A stretch of 64,000 nucleotides of DNA from NCBI GenBank assembly GCA_026770705.1, contig JANJGN010000026.1, forward strand, positions 682,001 to 746,000, in the 5' to 3' direction. Below the pieces are notes generated by a model. It made no database searches. It was not told the DNA's origin and worked only from the letters and a program-made list of their open reading frames with translations. Position numbers and translations under genes: made by a program. Position 1 is the first letter of the stretch, and each line of letters starts with the position of its first letter. This DNA is from Isurus oxyrinchus (lineage: Eukaryota). Positions 1 to 11,780 of the stretch are shown piece after piece.

Positions 1-1624
1 AACTTAGATTGTTATCATTAGCCGATGTGAACAAACAGATTTGGGGTGAGCTGATGGACAACTTCATCATACTCCGACATTTGATATCAGGAATGATTTG
101 AGTGTGGCCTCAATTCTATTTTGTTCTCTACCACTGTAACCTATAAATCCGATTATGTCAGAAAATTATGTTTGAAAATATTTCCACATAAAGGTACAAA
201 ACCATATTGCTCTATGAACATGAAAGGTAAAACAGGTTATCGATAGCAGTTAACAAACACAACTTGGACTTACATTATCTTCAGCGCAATGAAACGTCCA
301 AATGTACTTCAGAGGAGTCTTAAGAGACAAACTGATAAGACATGTAAGGCGATAATTAGGAGAATGGCCAAAAGTTTTGTTAAAACAAAACCAGTGGATA
401 AATGTTGAAGTTTAAGGGGGTTGTTGGGGGGGGGGGGGTTGGTGGTGTTCCAAGCTTAGGTCCTCATCAGTTGAAGGCACAGCCACAGGCGTGGATGAGG
501 GGTGGGTGGGGGCGGGGGGCGGTTGTTGGTGGGGTGGGGGGGGGGTGGCGGGCAGTGGTGTGGGGATGCAATTTAAATCGGAGAAGATTTATTTGGCAGG
601 CACACATTTTTGGAAAGATTTGTTGATGGATGAGTTTACAGGGTGTGGCATGTACTAGACCATGAGTGGATGGGAATTTAAAAATCAATGCTTTGCTTGA
701 CTGGGACACAATGTTGTTCAGCAATCACATGGTGATTGGTGAATGGTACTTAGCACAATGAATAAACCGGCAGCGGTTTTGGATGACCTAAAGTTCACTG
801 AGGATAGAATATGGGTTATTGCTACAAGAGCATTGGAATAGCCAAATCTAGAGGGAATGAAAGTATGAATAAGGCTGCAGCGTAGAATGTGGCAAAGTGT
901 GAGCGGAGAGGGGAGATCTTCCTGAAATATAAATAGACTGAGCAATGGAGCAAATATATGGTGAGAAACTGGTCTTGCGGTCAAATAATTACACAAAAGT
1001 AGCATAGTCTGATGCAGCCTCAGCCATTGACAGGCAGAAGGGTGTAACCAGCATCAAGGGAATGGAATGTGCAGCTGGTTCTGAAGATCACAACTTCCAC
1101 ATTCCCGATATTTTGTTGGAGGAAATTATTATTAATCTAGCACTGAATGTTGGGCAAACCGTCTGACAATTTCATGACATTGGAGAATTCGATTGAGTTG
1201 GTGGTGGGGTAGAATTCAGCATCATCATCATATAGGTGAAATTTAATGGTGTGGTTTCAGATAACATCTCCGATGGGTAGGGTTTAAAAGGGAAATGGTA
1301 GAGAAAGAATCAACATACGTTCAATATTTGACAATCACTACTATCAGGGCAAAAGTGAAGAAGTATTGGACATACGGCACTGACAACAATTCAGTCATAA
1401 ATTAACAATTGCTGACAATCAGGGTTTGTCGCAGGTCAACCCACAATGCTCAATACACACGTTCAGACTCTTAAATTTCTATGCGCTATAAGATTGGCCT
1501 TATCGTAAAACCCCTAAATCGGGCCCGACAAAATTTGCTCTCTATGTAAGCTTGACGCTTGTGCATCCTCCACGGCAATGCCTTTACCAATCGGCATTTT
1601 CCAACCAATCAGTAATCTCTTATG

Positions 1625-2135
1625 AACAAAACAACTAGGAGCAGGAGCAGGCTACTTGGCTCCTCAAGCCATTCAATAAAATCATGGCTGATCTGCCCCA
1701 GGCCTCAACTCCTCTTTCGTGCCGGCTCCTCATAACCCTCAACTTCCCGATATTGCAAAAATCGATCCATCTCCTCATTAAGCACTTTCACTGACCTAGC
1801 CTCCACAATACTCTGGGAAAGAGAATTCCAGACATTCACTACCCTCTGAGAGAACAAATGCCTTTGCATCTCAGTTTTAAATGATTCTCCCTTTATTCTC
1901 TAAACATGTTCCCTAGATTGAGATTCCTCCAGTGGTGGAAATACCTTCTCAACACCTACCCTACGAAGCCCCCTCAGGATTTTGTGCGTTTCAATAAGAT
2001 AACCATCACTCTTCTAAACTCTAATTGTCAAAGGCTTAAACTGTTTAGCCATTCGTGATAAGTCCATCCCTTCAACCCCTGAATCAGCCCAATGAATATC
2101 TTTCGAACTGCCTTCAATGCTAGTACTTCCTTTCT
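1625..2135 (-). mobile_element. CR1-type LINE 3' fragment
   Basis: Reverse complement of the CR1 3' end seen at 6600-6950 (aggagcaggag, aatcatggctgatctg, gaattccagacattcact). Confidence 0.75.
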
Positions 2136-2139
2136 TAAA

Positions 2140-3245
2140 TCTGTTGAATGAATACTTGTCATCTGTCTTCAGCCAAGGGAATGAGGATGAGGATATCGAA
2201 CTCTGGCAGAGAGATTGCGAGGTTCTTAAGCAAATTGACTTAAGGTTTGAGTTTTTGGCAGGCTTAAAAGTGGACAAATCTCGAGGTCCAGATAATTTAT
2301 GTTCCAGACTGCTGTGGGAACCAAGGGAAGTGATCGGAGGGGCTCTGACCTAAATCTATAATTCCTCTATGGCCACGGGGGAGACTTGGGCAGAGAAATG
2401 GCAAACGGAGTTTACTCTGGACAAATGCAAGGTAATGCATTTTGGAAGGTCTCATACAGGTAGGAATTATACAGTAAACGGCAGAACCTTAGAGTGCATC
2501 GACGGGCAGAGGGATCTGGGCATACAGATCCACAGGTCACTAAAAGTGGCAACGCAGGTGGATAAGGTAGTCAGGAAGGCATATGGCATGCTTGCCTTCA
2601 TCGGCAGGGGTATTGAGAATAAAAGCCTGGAAGTCATACTGCAGCTGTATAGAACCTTGGTTGGGCCACACTTGGAATATCACGTGCAATTCTGGTCACC
2701 ACATTACCAGAAGGATATGGAGGCGTTGGGGATGTTGCAGTGGAGGTTTGGCCGGATGCTGCCTGGTCTGGAGGTTATTAGCTATAGGCAGAGGTTAGAG
2801 AAACTAGGATTGTTCTCATGACAGCGACGGAGATTGAGGGGCGACCTGACAGAAGTTTACAAAATTATGAGTGACATAGACAGAGTAGATAGTAAGAAGC
2901 TTTTCCCCAGGTAGGAGAATCAATTGCTAGGGGACATAGACATAAGGTGAGAGGAGGAAACATTAGAGGATTAAAGCAAAAATTTTAGAGGAGTTGTGTG
3001 GGGTAAGTTTTTTACTCAGAGAGTAGTGAGTGTCTGGAATTCGCTGCCAGAGGAGGTGGTGGAAGCATGTACGATAGTGTTGTTTAAGAGGCAGCTTCAC
3101 AAATACATGAATAGAATGGGAATAGAGTGATCAGACCCCGGGAGTGCCAAATGTTTAGTTTGACAGGCAGTATGAGTGGTGCAGGCTTGGAGGGCCGAAG
3201 GGCCTGTTCCTAGTGCTGTAGGTTTCTTTGTTTTTTGTACTTTGT
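2140..3245 (+). mobile_element. CR1-type LINE, 3' part with internal deletion
   Basis: ORF 2369-2821 WAEKWQTEF..DKCKVMHFG...RPHLEY-like...QFWSPHYQKD; typical 3' UTR and short tandem tail. Confidence 0.9.
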
Positions 3246-3727
3246 TATATAGCACCCAGATCCATCTGTGCTGCACGTTTTTGGAGCCTCTCTCAATTTA
3301 AAAAATAGTCTGACTTTTGCTTCTTCCTACCATAGTGCATAACCTCACAATTTCCTGCAGTAAGCTCCATCTGCAAGTTTTTTTTCCCACTTACTCAACA
3401 CATCTATATCCCTTTGTCGATTCCTTATCGATTCATCACAGTATGTCCTCCCACCTATTTTGTATCGTCAGCAAATTTGGATATATCACACCCTACACCG
3501 ACTCCAAGTAATTAATATTTATAGAAAATAATTGAGGCCCTAGGACTGAACTTTGTGGTTTCCCAACCTGAAAAAAAATTATTACCGATTTTCTGTCTTC
3601 CCTGTGAAAGTCAATCCTTAATCCATGCTAATACATTACCCCCAATACCTGATCTCCCATCTTGTGCACCTGTTTAGTCATACAGTATTAATATGTCGTT
3701 TACCCTGATATTAGTACTTTCTTGCGA

Positions 3728-3765
3728 ACTATCTTGATGAGTGCAAGACGAAAAGCTTCGACCAA
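3728..3765 (+). ncRNA. Degenerate minimal hammerhead ribozyme motif (Penelope-like element terminal repeat)
   Basis: tTGATGA-G(tgcaaga)C-GAAA-agct-TC: hammerhead core with a 1-bp stem II and palindromic AAGCTT. The conserved C3 is T here. Confidence 0.55.
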
Positions 3766-4951
3766 AAAATGCCTTTTTCAGTAATATTTGAATTCCTATT
3801 CATGACCTGAGTTCCTTTATGACAATTCTCATGTGCTGCTTATAAGAGGCTGAGTGGGAGCAGATATGGAGCTGACCGCAGGAATGTTGGGTGGCATCCT
3901 GTTTTTCATTCTGCTGGCCTGTAGGTATAAGGGGACCACTGCAGCCACCTCCATACCTGCTCCCAGGCAGCTTTGATAAGCAGAAGTATAAAGTGCAAGC
4001 GATAATACTGCATCATTGTCATATCTGCTCCGACTTATCCCTTTCCACCAAAATGTACTTCTTATAAAATAGCTTGAGAAAAGTTCCAATTTCCATAGCA
4101 ACCTGCAACAGGCGCTGGTGATAAATTATTAAAATAAATTTCAGATAGATACTAACGGTGTGTGGATTCCATCCTGAGCAGACTCCACGCCCGCTAATAT
4201 CGGCCCTAAATAAATAAATAAACAGCTTACTAAGTTCCAGAAACACAGCCAAATTTCCATGATTACAGGGTCGGGTGGGATCGAGGATATGGACTCTTGC
4301 CGAGCCCTTGGAGGCGAAATGCAACTTCCTGATTAGAGCATACATTGACTCCCAGTAGTTGAGGTTCAGTTCCCTCCCGCTAAAGCGGTGAACATCTCAT
4401 AGGTGTGCCGAAATGACGGAAGAAAATTCAAGGCAATTGTATTTTATTAGGTGAATTTGCAATTGCAGTTATTAAAATAATAATAATAATAATAATCTCT
4501 GATCTGTTCTCCATTTATGTTGCACCTGGTGCAGACCAGGGCCGCAAGTCAATCATATTATCTAAAGAATCAATATCTGGCCTCCATTTTTGAAAAGAAT
4601 TAGGGTGGTGTCAAATTCTATTGCAGTGCTACCATAATAGTACAAATCTCAATTAACCAAGCGCAAATATTCCAATACATAAGTGAGGAGAAACTTGAAT
4701 TCCTATTGCGTCTTCTAGGTCCCCAGATCACCGCATAGCGCCTGACAAGCTATGAGATTATTTTTGAAGTGTAGACACCACTGTGTTGTCAGAAACCCAG
4801 CAGTTAATTTGCTCAAATCAAACTCCTATAATGAGCCTTTAATTGCAACACCTGATTCGATGGTGGCCGACAGATAAATACTGGTCGAGACATGGTGGAA
4901 ATGGTTTATCGTTATCTTAGAAAAGAACAAAGATGTTTCTTTTAATTTTAG

Positions 4952-5266
4952 GTCTGACACCTCCAATAATCAGTCTCTTCTACCTTGCAACTTCTCAACT
5001 GAGAGCAAACGGTTTTGTGGAACTGCTTTGCCTCATCAGCGACTTCAAGCCAGAAAGCATTGGGGTGACTTGGCAGAAGAACGGAAACAGCATACGCTCT
5101 GGCTTTACCACTACACCCCCAGCTAAAACATCAAAAGGAGACTTCAAATCCACGAGCCACCTGAAAGTGCCTCTTCAGGAATGGAGCAGCGGTTCCGTGT
5201 ACAGGTGCAAAGTGACCCATTCCGCAACAAATACTAACAAGCAGAAAGAAATTAGATCAACGTCAG
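4952..5266 (+). CDS. IgNAR: IgNAR heavy chain constant domain C1 exon
   Basis: Acceptor ttttaattttag|GT at 4951/4952 and donor G|gtgagg at 5266/5267, both phase 1. Translates (G)LTPPIISLFYLATSQLRANGFVELLCLISDFKPESIGVTWQKNG...LKVPLQEWSSGSVYRCKVTHSATNTNKQKEIRSTS, with C1-set Cys/Trp/Cys. Closely resembles nurse shark IgNAR C1 as recalled (…LKVPLQEWSRGSVYSCQVSHSAT…KEIRSTS). Confidence 0.96.
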
Positions 5267-5689
5267 GTGAGGAAATCTAACCAATTCACACGGTTTGCAG
5301 ATGACAAACATGGTTACTTTAATAGTATCAGATTAACTGGGATGTTATTGCAATAATTTATCTTTTCGGATTCAAGGTCCTGCAACGGGCAACACTGAGT
5401 GTGATCAGTGACAAGGCCAGATGCAGTGAAACGCTACAATAAAAGTTGTTGGAAGAGTTTTAGCAGCACTGACAACTGTATATGATGGTGCTTTTTGAAA
5501 GTGCGAAAGAGTGTCATGAACGGCCGAATGGTCTCCTGCTGCTCTCTAGCATTATCTGTTGCACTGGCAATGCCTGAAATTTGGATGGTGCTCACAGTTA
5601 GGCGAATTTTGCAAAAGGCATTTCCATATCGCTTTCTGATGAATGTCATGTTACAGTTAATGTGCACATTGAACATATTGAGTTGAGCA

Positions 5690-6950
5690 TATTGAGTTCT
5701 TTGAAGATGTGACAAGCAAAGTGGACAATGGTGATCCTGAAGATTTAATATACCTAGACTTTCAGTAGGCCTTTGATAAGGTGCCACACAAAGATTATTA
5801 CACAAAATAAGATCACACGGAATTAGGGGTAATATATTAGATTGGATAGAGGATTGGCTAATCAACAGAAAGCAAAGAGTCAGAAATAAATGGGTCTTTT
5901 TTCTGGATAGCAAGCTTTAACTAGTGGGGTGCCACGGGGTTCGGTCCTTGGGCCCCAACTATTTACAATCTATGAAAATAACTTGGATTCAGAGTTAGAA
6001 GGTACTATAACTAGGTTTGCAGATGACATCAAAACAGGTCGGAAAGTAAGTTGCAATGCAGAAGTAAGACATTTAAAAATGGATATGGACAGGTTAGCTG
6101 AATAGGATGAAATTTCGCAGATGGAGTTTAAAGTGGATAAATGTGAGGTTATCTATTTTGGTCGAAAGAATAAAATGGCGACTTATTGTTTAAATGGAGA
6201 GAAACTTCAGAATGCCACCGTGCAGGGGGACATGGGCGTCCTCGTGCATGAATCGCTGAAAGCTAGTGTGCAGGTACTGCAGGTGATAAGGAAGGCAAAT
6301 GGAATTTGTTGGCATTTATTGCTCAAAGAATAGAATATAAAAATAGGGAAGTGTTTGTTGCAACTGTACAAGGCATTGGTGAGACTGCACCTGGGGTACT
6401 GTGCATAGTTTCCCCTTTACTTGAGGAAGGATATAGCTGCACTGGAGGCGGATCAAAAGAGGTTCACTGGATTGATTCCAGAGATGCGGGACTTGTCTTT
6501 TGAGGAGAGATTGAGCAGTTTAGGCCTATACTCGCTCGAGTTTAGAAGGAAGACAGGAGATCTAATTGAGGTATATAAGATTCTAAAGGGGAAAGGAGAA
6601 GTAAACAAGGAGGGGGTGTTTCCCCTTGTCGGGCATTCGAGAACAAGAGGCCGTAGTTTTAGTCTAAGGGGTTGTACTTTTAAATCAGAGATGAGGAGGA
6701 GTTACTGCTCTCAAAGGGTGGTGAACCTGTGAAATTCACTATCTCAGAGTGCAGTGGAAACCGGGACACTGAATAAATGTAAGGAGGAGATAGACAGATT
6801 TTGAATAAGTAACGGGTTGAAAGGTAATGGGGAGAGGGCGGAAAATTAGAGTTGAGGCCAAAATGAGATTGGCCATGATCGTATTGAATGTCGGGGTAGG
6901 CTCGAGGGACTGAATTGCCCACTCCTGCTCCTAGTTCTCATGTTCTTATA
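5690..6950 (+). mobile_element. CR1-type LINE RT fragment
   Basis: AFDKVPH, GVP.GSVLGP and FADD motifs, followed by the C-terminal ORF2 pieces (6121-6732) and the 3' tail. Confidence 0.92.
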
Positions 6951-7232
6951 ACCTGTTATGATATTACCAGAAACAAATGTTGAGCCACCCTACCCAGAGA
7001 ATTCACCAAATTTCTGCAGGCAAAATAGAACAGAGTGATAGGGCAAATGGATATATTTTCAGTGAAATGGGTCAAACTATATATCCTCGTTCAGATAACT
7101 ATTCCAATTGCCGGTGTGGATTCTATTTGCTGCTGGGTATTGGTACAAAAGTTTACAAGTAAGATGAAAAGGACGAATGGAGCTGAGAGAAAGCAAGGAC
7201 ATTGAAAGAGACAGTGGAAGTCACCTGTCACC

Positions 7233-8337
7233 GGCAGGACGTTCCAGGTCAGGAGATGCCCACACTGTCAGCCGAAGAATCAGGGTGAGGTGTAGGGGCT
7301 GGGTGGGTTGTTGGGGAGCGCGGGGCAGGGGAGCTTTGTAGTTGGATCACATCCCCACTAATTGCAGCAACCCCTGAAAGAGGAGCATTAATTTGCTCGA
7401 ACCAGACTTGTGTCACGAAATCAGGTGGATGTTCCACCAGGGAGCTGCTAACCAATCTGATTGGCTGGCAGCACTGTTTTCCCAGCAGCACCAGTGGCAG
7501 CAGTGGTCAGGACACAAAATTTCCACCGACTCTAAATCTCGGACTCCAGGGTCATATAAGTGTCAGGTGTTTCACCGCTGGCAGGGGAGATGATGCCACT
7601 GGTATGCAGAAAAGGTTAAGCCATCCTTATGCAGAGTCTGGGGTGGAAGCAAGCGAGCATCCGTAGTTGGCAGGCTTTGGGAGGGCGTCCGATGTAGAAA
7701 AGACATACTGGTGTTAAGATAGTGTCATGGAGGGTAATCTCCTTGGGACGTGTCATCCAATGTAGAAACGGGCGACCCAGGCCACACTTGAGGAATTGTG
7801 GAACGGGTTTTGCTTGCTGGGGATGACTCACAGCACGGCACCTACTTCATGACTCTGGGTCCCAACACCAGCCACTAAGTGCCTTGAAGGAGGCGACCTG
7901 CCTCCGTACAAGATAAATTGTTCTGCACGCCACATGGTGACAGGTCTGCCTACAGCTCTGTTCATACCAAAATCCTTAAGTGATTATTAATTTCTCATTT
8001 AGTGGTCTCAATTGGCAGAGAGAAGAGAATGTTGAACCCAACCATTCCGCCCTCAAGCAATCAGGTTGAAGGCGGGGCTTTTACCCACTACCTTCCCTCT
8101 AGATTAAAGGCCCTCCGCACCTCAAACCACCTCACTCGAGAGGGGACAAGGTTCCATCCAACTGGTCAGTAATAGCCACTTAAAGGCCTCAGTTCGGGCG
8201 AGCGCAGGCCACTCTCCCCAGCAAATTTGTGAACACTTTGCTTGCAGGCGGGAGGGCGGTGGGAAGGCAAGACGGGTGAATTGTTACCCCTTCCTACACT
8301 GTCTGCAAACTTGCCAGTGGGGGTTGAAAATTCTGCC
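7233..8337. mobile_element. GC-rich non-autonomous DNA element(s) / MITE-like
   Basis: Degenerate terminal inverted ends ggcaggacgttcc ... gaaaattctgcc, similar to the ends of 40817-41421. No coding capacity. Confidence 0.45.
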
Positions 8338-8474
8338 TTACTTCTCACTTTCTGCCTATTTCTCCTTTTACCCTCCTCTAGGCTGCCTCTCTTCTTTATG
8401 CCTCATCCGTTTTCTCTGATATTTTGCTCCTGTATCTGGCTAAGACAGATTTTTATCTGCCTGTGTTTCTGCTT

Positions 8475-8552
8475 CCCTTCCTCTCTCTCTCAATTCTCTC
8501 TCTCTCTAATCTCTCTCTCTCACTCTGTCTCTCTTGCTCTCTCTTTCTCTTT
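8475..8552. repeat. (CT)n microsatellite
   Basis: Interrupted ctctct tract upstream of the C2 exon. Confidence 0.85.
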
Positions 8553-8813
8553 GTGTTAAGGTTGACAGTCTTCCAGTAACTCTGTATTTTTCCCCTGCTC
8601 CTAGACACTCAGTCTAACTGAACAGTTCAAAGTGTGATTCATGTCAACATCCACGTAAACAGCACAATTAGAGGTTAAGTTCAACAATCATCAGTGAAAA
8701 GCCTGATTTGTCAAACTAACGATTGTCACTTATATTAAAATTCATGTAGAATAAGTAGAATCTTCAACATTAAAGCCTCCTCGAGATTTTAATTCCTTGT
8801 TTCTCACTTATAG

Positions 8814-9119
8814 AGGTCACAGTGCTTCTCAGAGATCCCTCACTTGAAGATATTTGGATCAAGAAAACTACCACCTTAGTGTGTGAAGTGCTGTCCAAAT
8901 TTCTCACTGAGGTTGTGATCACCTGGAGGGTGAATGGAAAGGTGAGGACTGAAGGTGTTACAAGCGAAACAGGTACACAAGATGGTAACCTGTACCTGAT
9001 CATCAGCCGCTTGACAAGCAGCGTGGAAGAGTGGGAGAGCGGGGCTGAATACTCATGTTCAGCAAACGACAATCTATCATCGACTCCGGTATCAAAAGGC
9101 ACACGGAAGGGAAAAGTAG
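8814..9119 (+). CDS. IgNAR: IgNAR constant domain C2 exon
   Basis: Acceptor ttctcacttatag|AG and donor G|gtaagt at 9120, phase 1. Translates EVTVLLRDPSLEDIWIKKTTTLVCEVLS...TWRVNGKVRTEGV...SRLTSSVEEWESGAEYSCSA...TRKGKV. Confidence 0.95.
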
Positions 9120-9230
9120 GTAAGTTTATATCTATATATAAAATATCAAGTATCAACATGCTCACACATATTGCCTTGTTTACGAACGGCAATGGAGTTA
9201 ATGCTAATAATGGTTTAACTTTTGTTACAG

Positions 9231-9548
9231 TCGAGCCGGTGAAGCCAAATCTCCGGCTCTTGCCTCCATCACCAGAAGAAATTCAAAATGCCAAAGCCGC
9301 AACCCTCACTTGTTTGATAAGAGGATTCTACCCGGACAAAATAACCATTTCCTGGGAGAAGGATGGAGCTGCTGTGAGATCGAACATCACTAGTTTCCCC
9401 CCGGCCCTTGAACAGGACCGGACCTTCAGCACAAGGAGCCTCCTCACTTTACCTGAAGCGGAATGGAAGTCAGGAGCAAGATACACCTGTGCCGCCTCAC
9501 ATCCACCTACACAATCCACAGAAAATAAGTCCATCAGCAATCTGAAAG
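9231..9548 (+). CDS. IgNAR: IgNAR constant domain C3 exon
   Basis: Acceptor tttgttacag|TC and donor G|gtaaaa at 9549. Translates VEPVKPNLRLLPPSPEEIQNAKAATLTCLIRGFYPDKITISWEKDG...ALEQDRTFSTRSLL...EWKSGARYTCAASHPP...NLK. Confidence 0.95.
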
Positions 9549-10874
9549 GTAAAAACGGTTTCTCAGTTTGTATTTCCACAATCAGGGTTTGTGCTTAAGT
9601 CGATAGCAACACCGCGGAAAACGCAAAGGTTGCAGGGACTAAAAAATGTATCACAACCAATTAACGTGCCCTAAACTCCCAGATAGCACCGAGATGGTGC
9701 AATACTCAGCGCTCAATATGTCCACCTCCACATGCAATTTGAAAATACAGTATTGATAAGAGACAGGATAAGAATGTCTGGGACTTTACTTCACCGTATT
9801 CTGCTAATGAGCACTTTATTTAGATGGTGCTAAGCACACCCTAAGGCACACTGTGTTCCACACTGTGTTGATAAGGCTTTGCGTGGTCCACTTCACTCTT
9901 TACTTTCTGCTTTAACAAAGCACAACAGAGATTGCTTTTCAGCAGTGAATTCAGAAGCAGAAACAGCCAGTTACTAGGGAGTTAAACAATTGAAGTAGTT
10001 TTGTATAATTCTAGTCTTGAGACCAACTGGAACAAATGTATTCGAAGTCACAGGACTGGACAGAATAACATCTTCATGGACTGAACCTAATCAAGTTTAT
10101 TTATTTTTATGAATTTAATTGCCTGTGATAAACATTTTCATTTCTGGTGGTATAGACACATTTTGGTTGAAGACAAAAACAATTCTGCACGATGATTTAC
10201 CCAAATCCTCAGTGATAAGGCCGGGAATATTCAGATTTCCTAGGAGGCTGGATCCCAGCACTTTGCTGAGTTCGTTGATCTTGATATTTAGTGACTGGGT
10301 CCTGATAATTGGCCTCAGTACCTCTACAATTGGGCAGTAGCAATATTATATGGTTTGATTCCCAATCTAAGTTAACTATTCATGCGCCAATTTGGAATGA
10401 AAGGGGGCAAAATTGGGTGCGATGCATTCAGGGCATAATAACGTGCTGGTACTTTCTGAATATGCAGGTTCATGGAGATGAACTATTGGCTTATGTTCGA
10501 GAGCTGTCGAACAGAACTCAATAGTGAGCAATGGCATTAAAGGAGTAAATACTGCGACTGACGCAGCCCCACTCTCTTAAATCTGGAGCCCCATTAGATC
10601 ACTGAACATCTCTGCATTGCAATATCAATCTACTCATAATAATGTTCCCTAAGTCAGGCTGTTTTTCCTTACTGGCTTAACCAAACTGAACCGGTGGCTC
10701 TTAGAACTTACAGTGGCCTGGGCATATCTGGTAGAAGAGAAGGGACCCTTCATTTGCTCCTCCTACGACCTGAGGAGGCATCGTCGGTGTCGACATATTT
10801 GCACATCTGTTGATGGCACGAGTGGACGAGGCTCGTGATACATTCACAGTAAAGTAATTCACAGAGGAGTTTTA

Positions 10875-11345
10875 CCCGGTGGCTGCCTCTCTGGAGGTTA
10901 TTAGTTATGAGCAGAGGTTGGAGAAGCCTTCGGATTGTTCTCACTACAGCAACGGTGATTGAGGGGCGACTTGATAGAAATTTACAAAATTATGAGTGGC
11001 ATGGACAGAGTAGATAGCCAGAAGCTTTTTCCCGGGGTGGAAGAGTCAATTACTAGAGAACATAGATTTAAGGTGAGAGGAGAAAACTTTAGAGGAGATG
11101 TGCGGGGCAAGTTTTTTACGCAGAAGGTAGTGAGTGTCTGGAATTCGCTGCCAGAGCAGGTGGTGGAAGCAGCTACCTTTGTGATGTTTAACAGGCACCT
11201 TGACAAATACATGGATAGGATTGGAATAGAGACATACGGACCACGAAAGTGCAAAATGTTTTGGTTGACGGGCAACATGATCGGCGCAGGCTTGGAGGGC
11301 CGAAGGGCCTGTTCCTGTGCTGTACTTTTTTTTGTTCTTTGTTCT
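10875..11345 (+). mobile_element. CR1-type LINE 3' end
   Basis: RGDLIEIYKIMSGMDRVDSQKLFP...FFTQKVVSVWNSLP; near-copy of 2755-3245. Confidence 0.9.
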
Positions 11346-11391
11346 AAAATAGGCTGCTGATGCACTTTCTCCTTGCTGACCCACTCACAAC

Positions 11392-11780
11392 GGGATGTGA
11401 TCTTCGCTGACTGGGCCAGCACTTATTGCCCATCCCTAGTGGCCCATGAGAATGTGGTGGTGAGCTGCCTTCTTGACCGCTGCTATCCATGTGATGTATG
11501 TAAACCAACAGTGCTGTTAGGAAGGAAGCTTCAGGGTTTTCACCCAGTGGCAGTGAAGAGAAGGCAACTTAGTTCCAAGACACAATCCAGAGCTGGAAAT
11601 ATATTTATAGTTTCTGTCACTGTCATTGGGTCAAAATCCTGGAATTCCCTTCCTAACAGTGCTGTGGGTGTACCCACACCACATGGATTGCAACGGTTCT
11701 AGAAGGCAGCTCACCATCACCTTCTCAATGCCAATTATGGATGGGCAATAAGTGCTGGCCCAGCCAGCGAACCCACATTC
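11392..11780. repeat. Inverted pair of LINE/SINE 3' ends forming a ~390-bp imperfect palindrome
   Basis: ctgggccagcacttattgcccatcc (11411-11435) is the exact reverse complement of 11739-11763, and similarity continues inward. Confidence 0.85.

Noticed and set aside
402-626. Gly-rich 74-aa ORF
   Set aside because: Simply the translation of a low-complexity G tract.
1-4951. IgNAR V, D, J segments or recombination signal sequences
   Set aside because: No YGGGT-type J motif and no heptamer with a correctly spaced nonamer seen. Isolated cactgtg (e.g. ~4779) lacks a nonamer.
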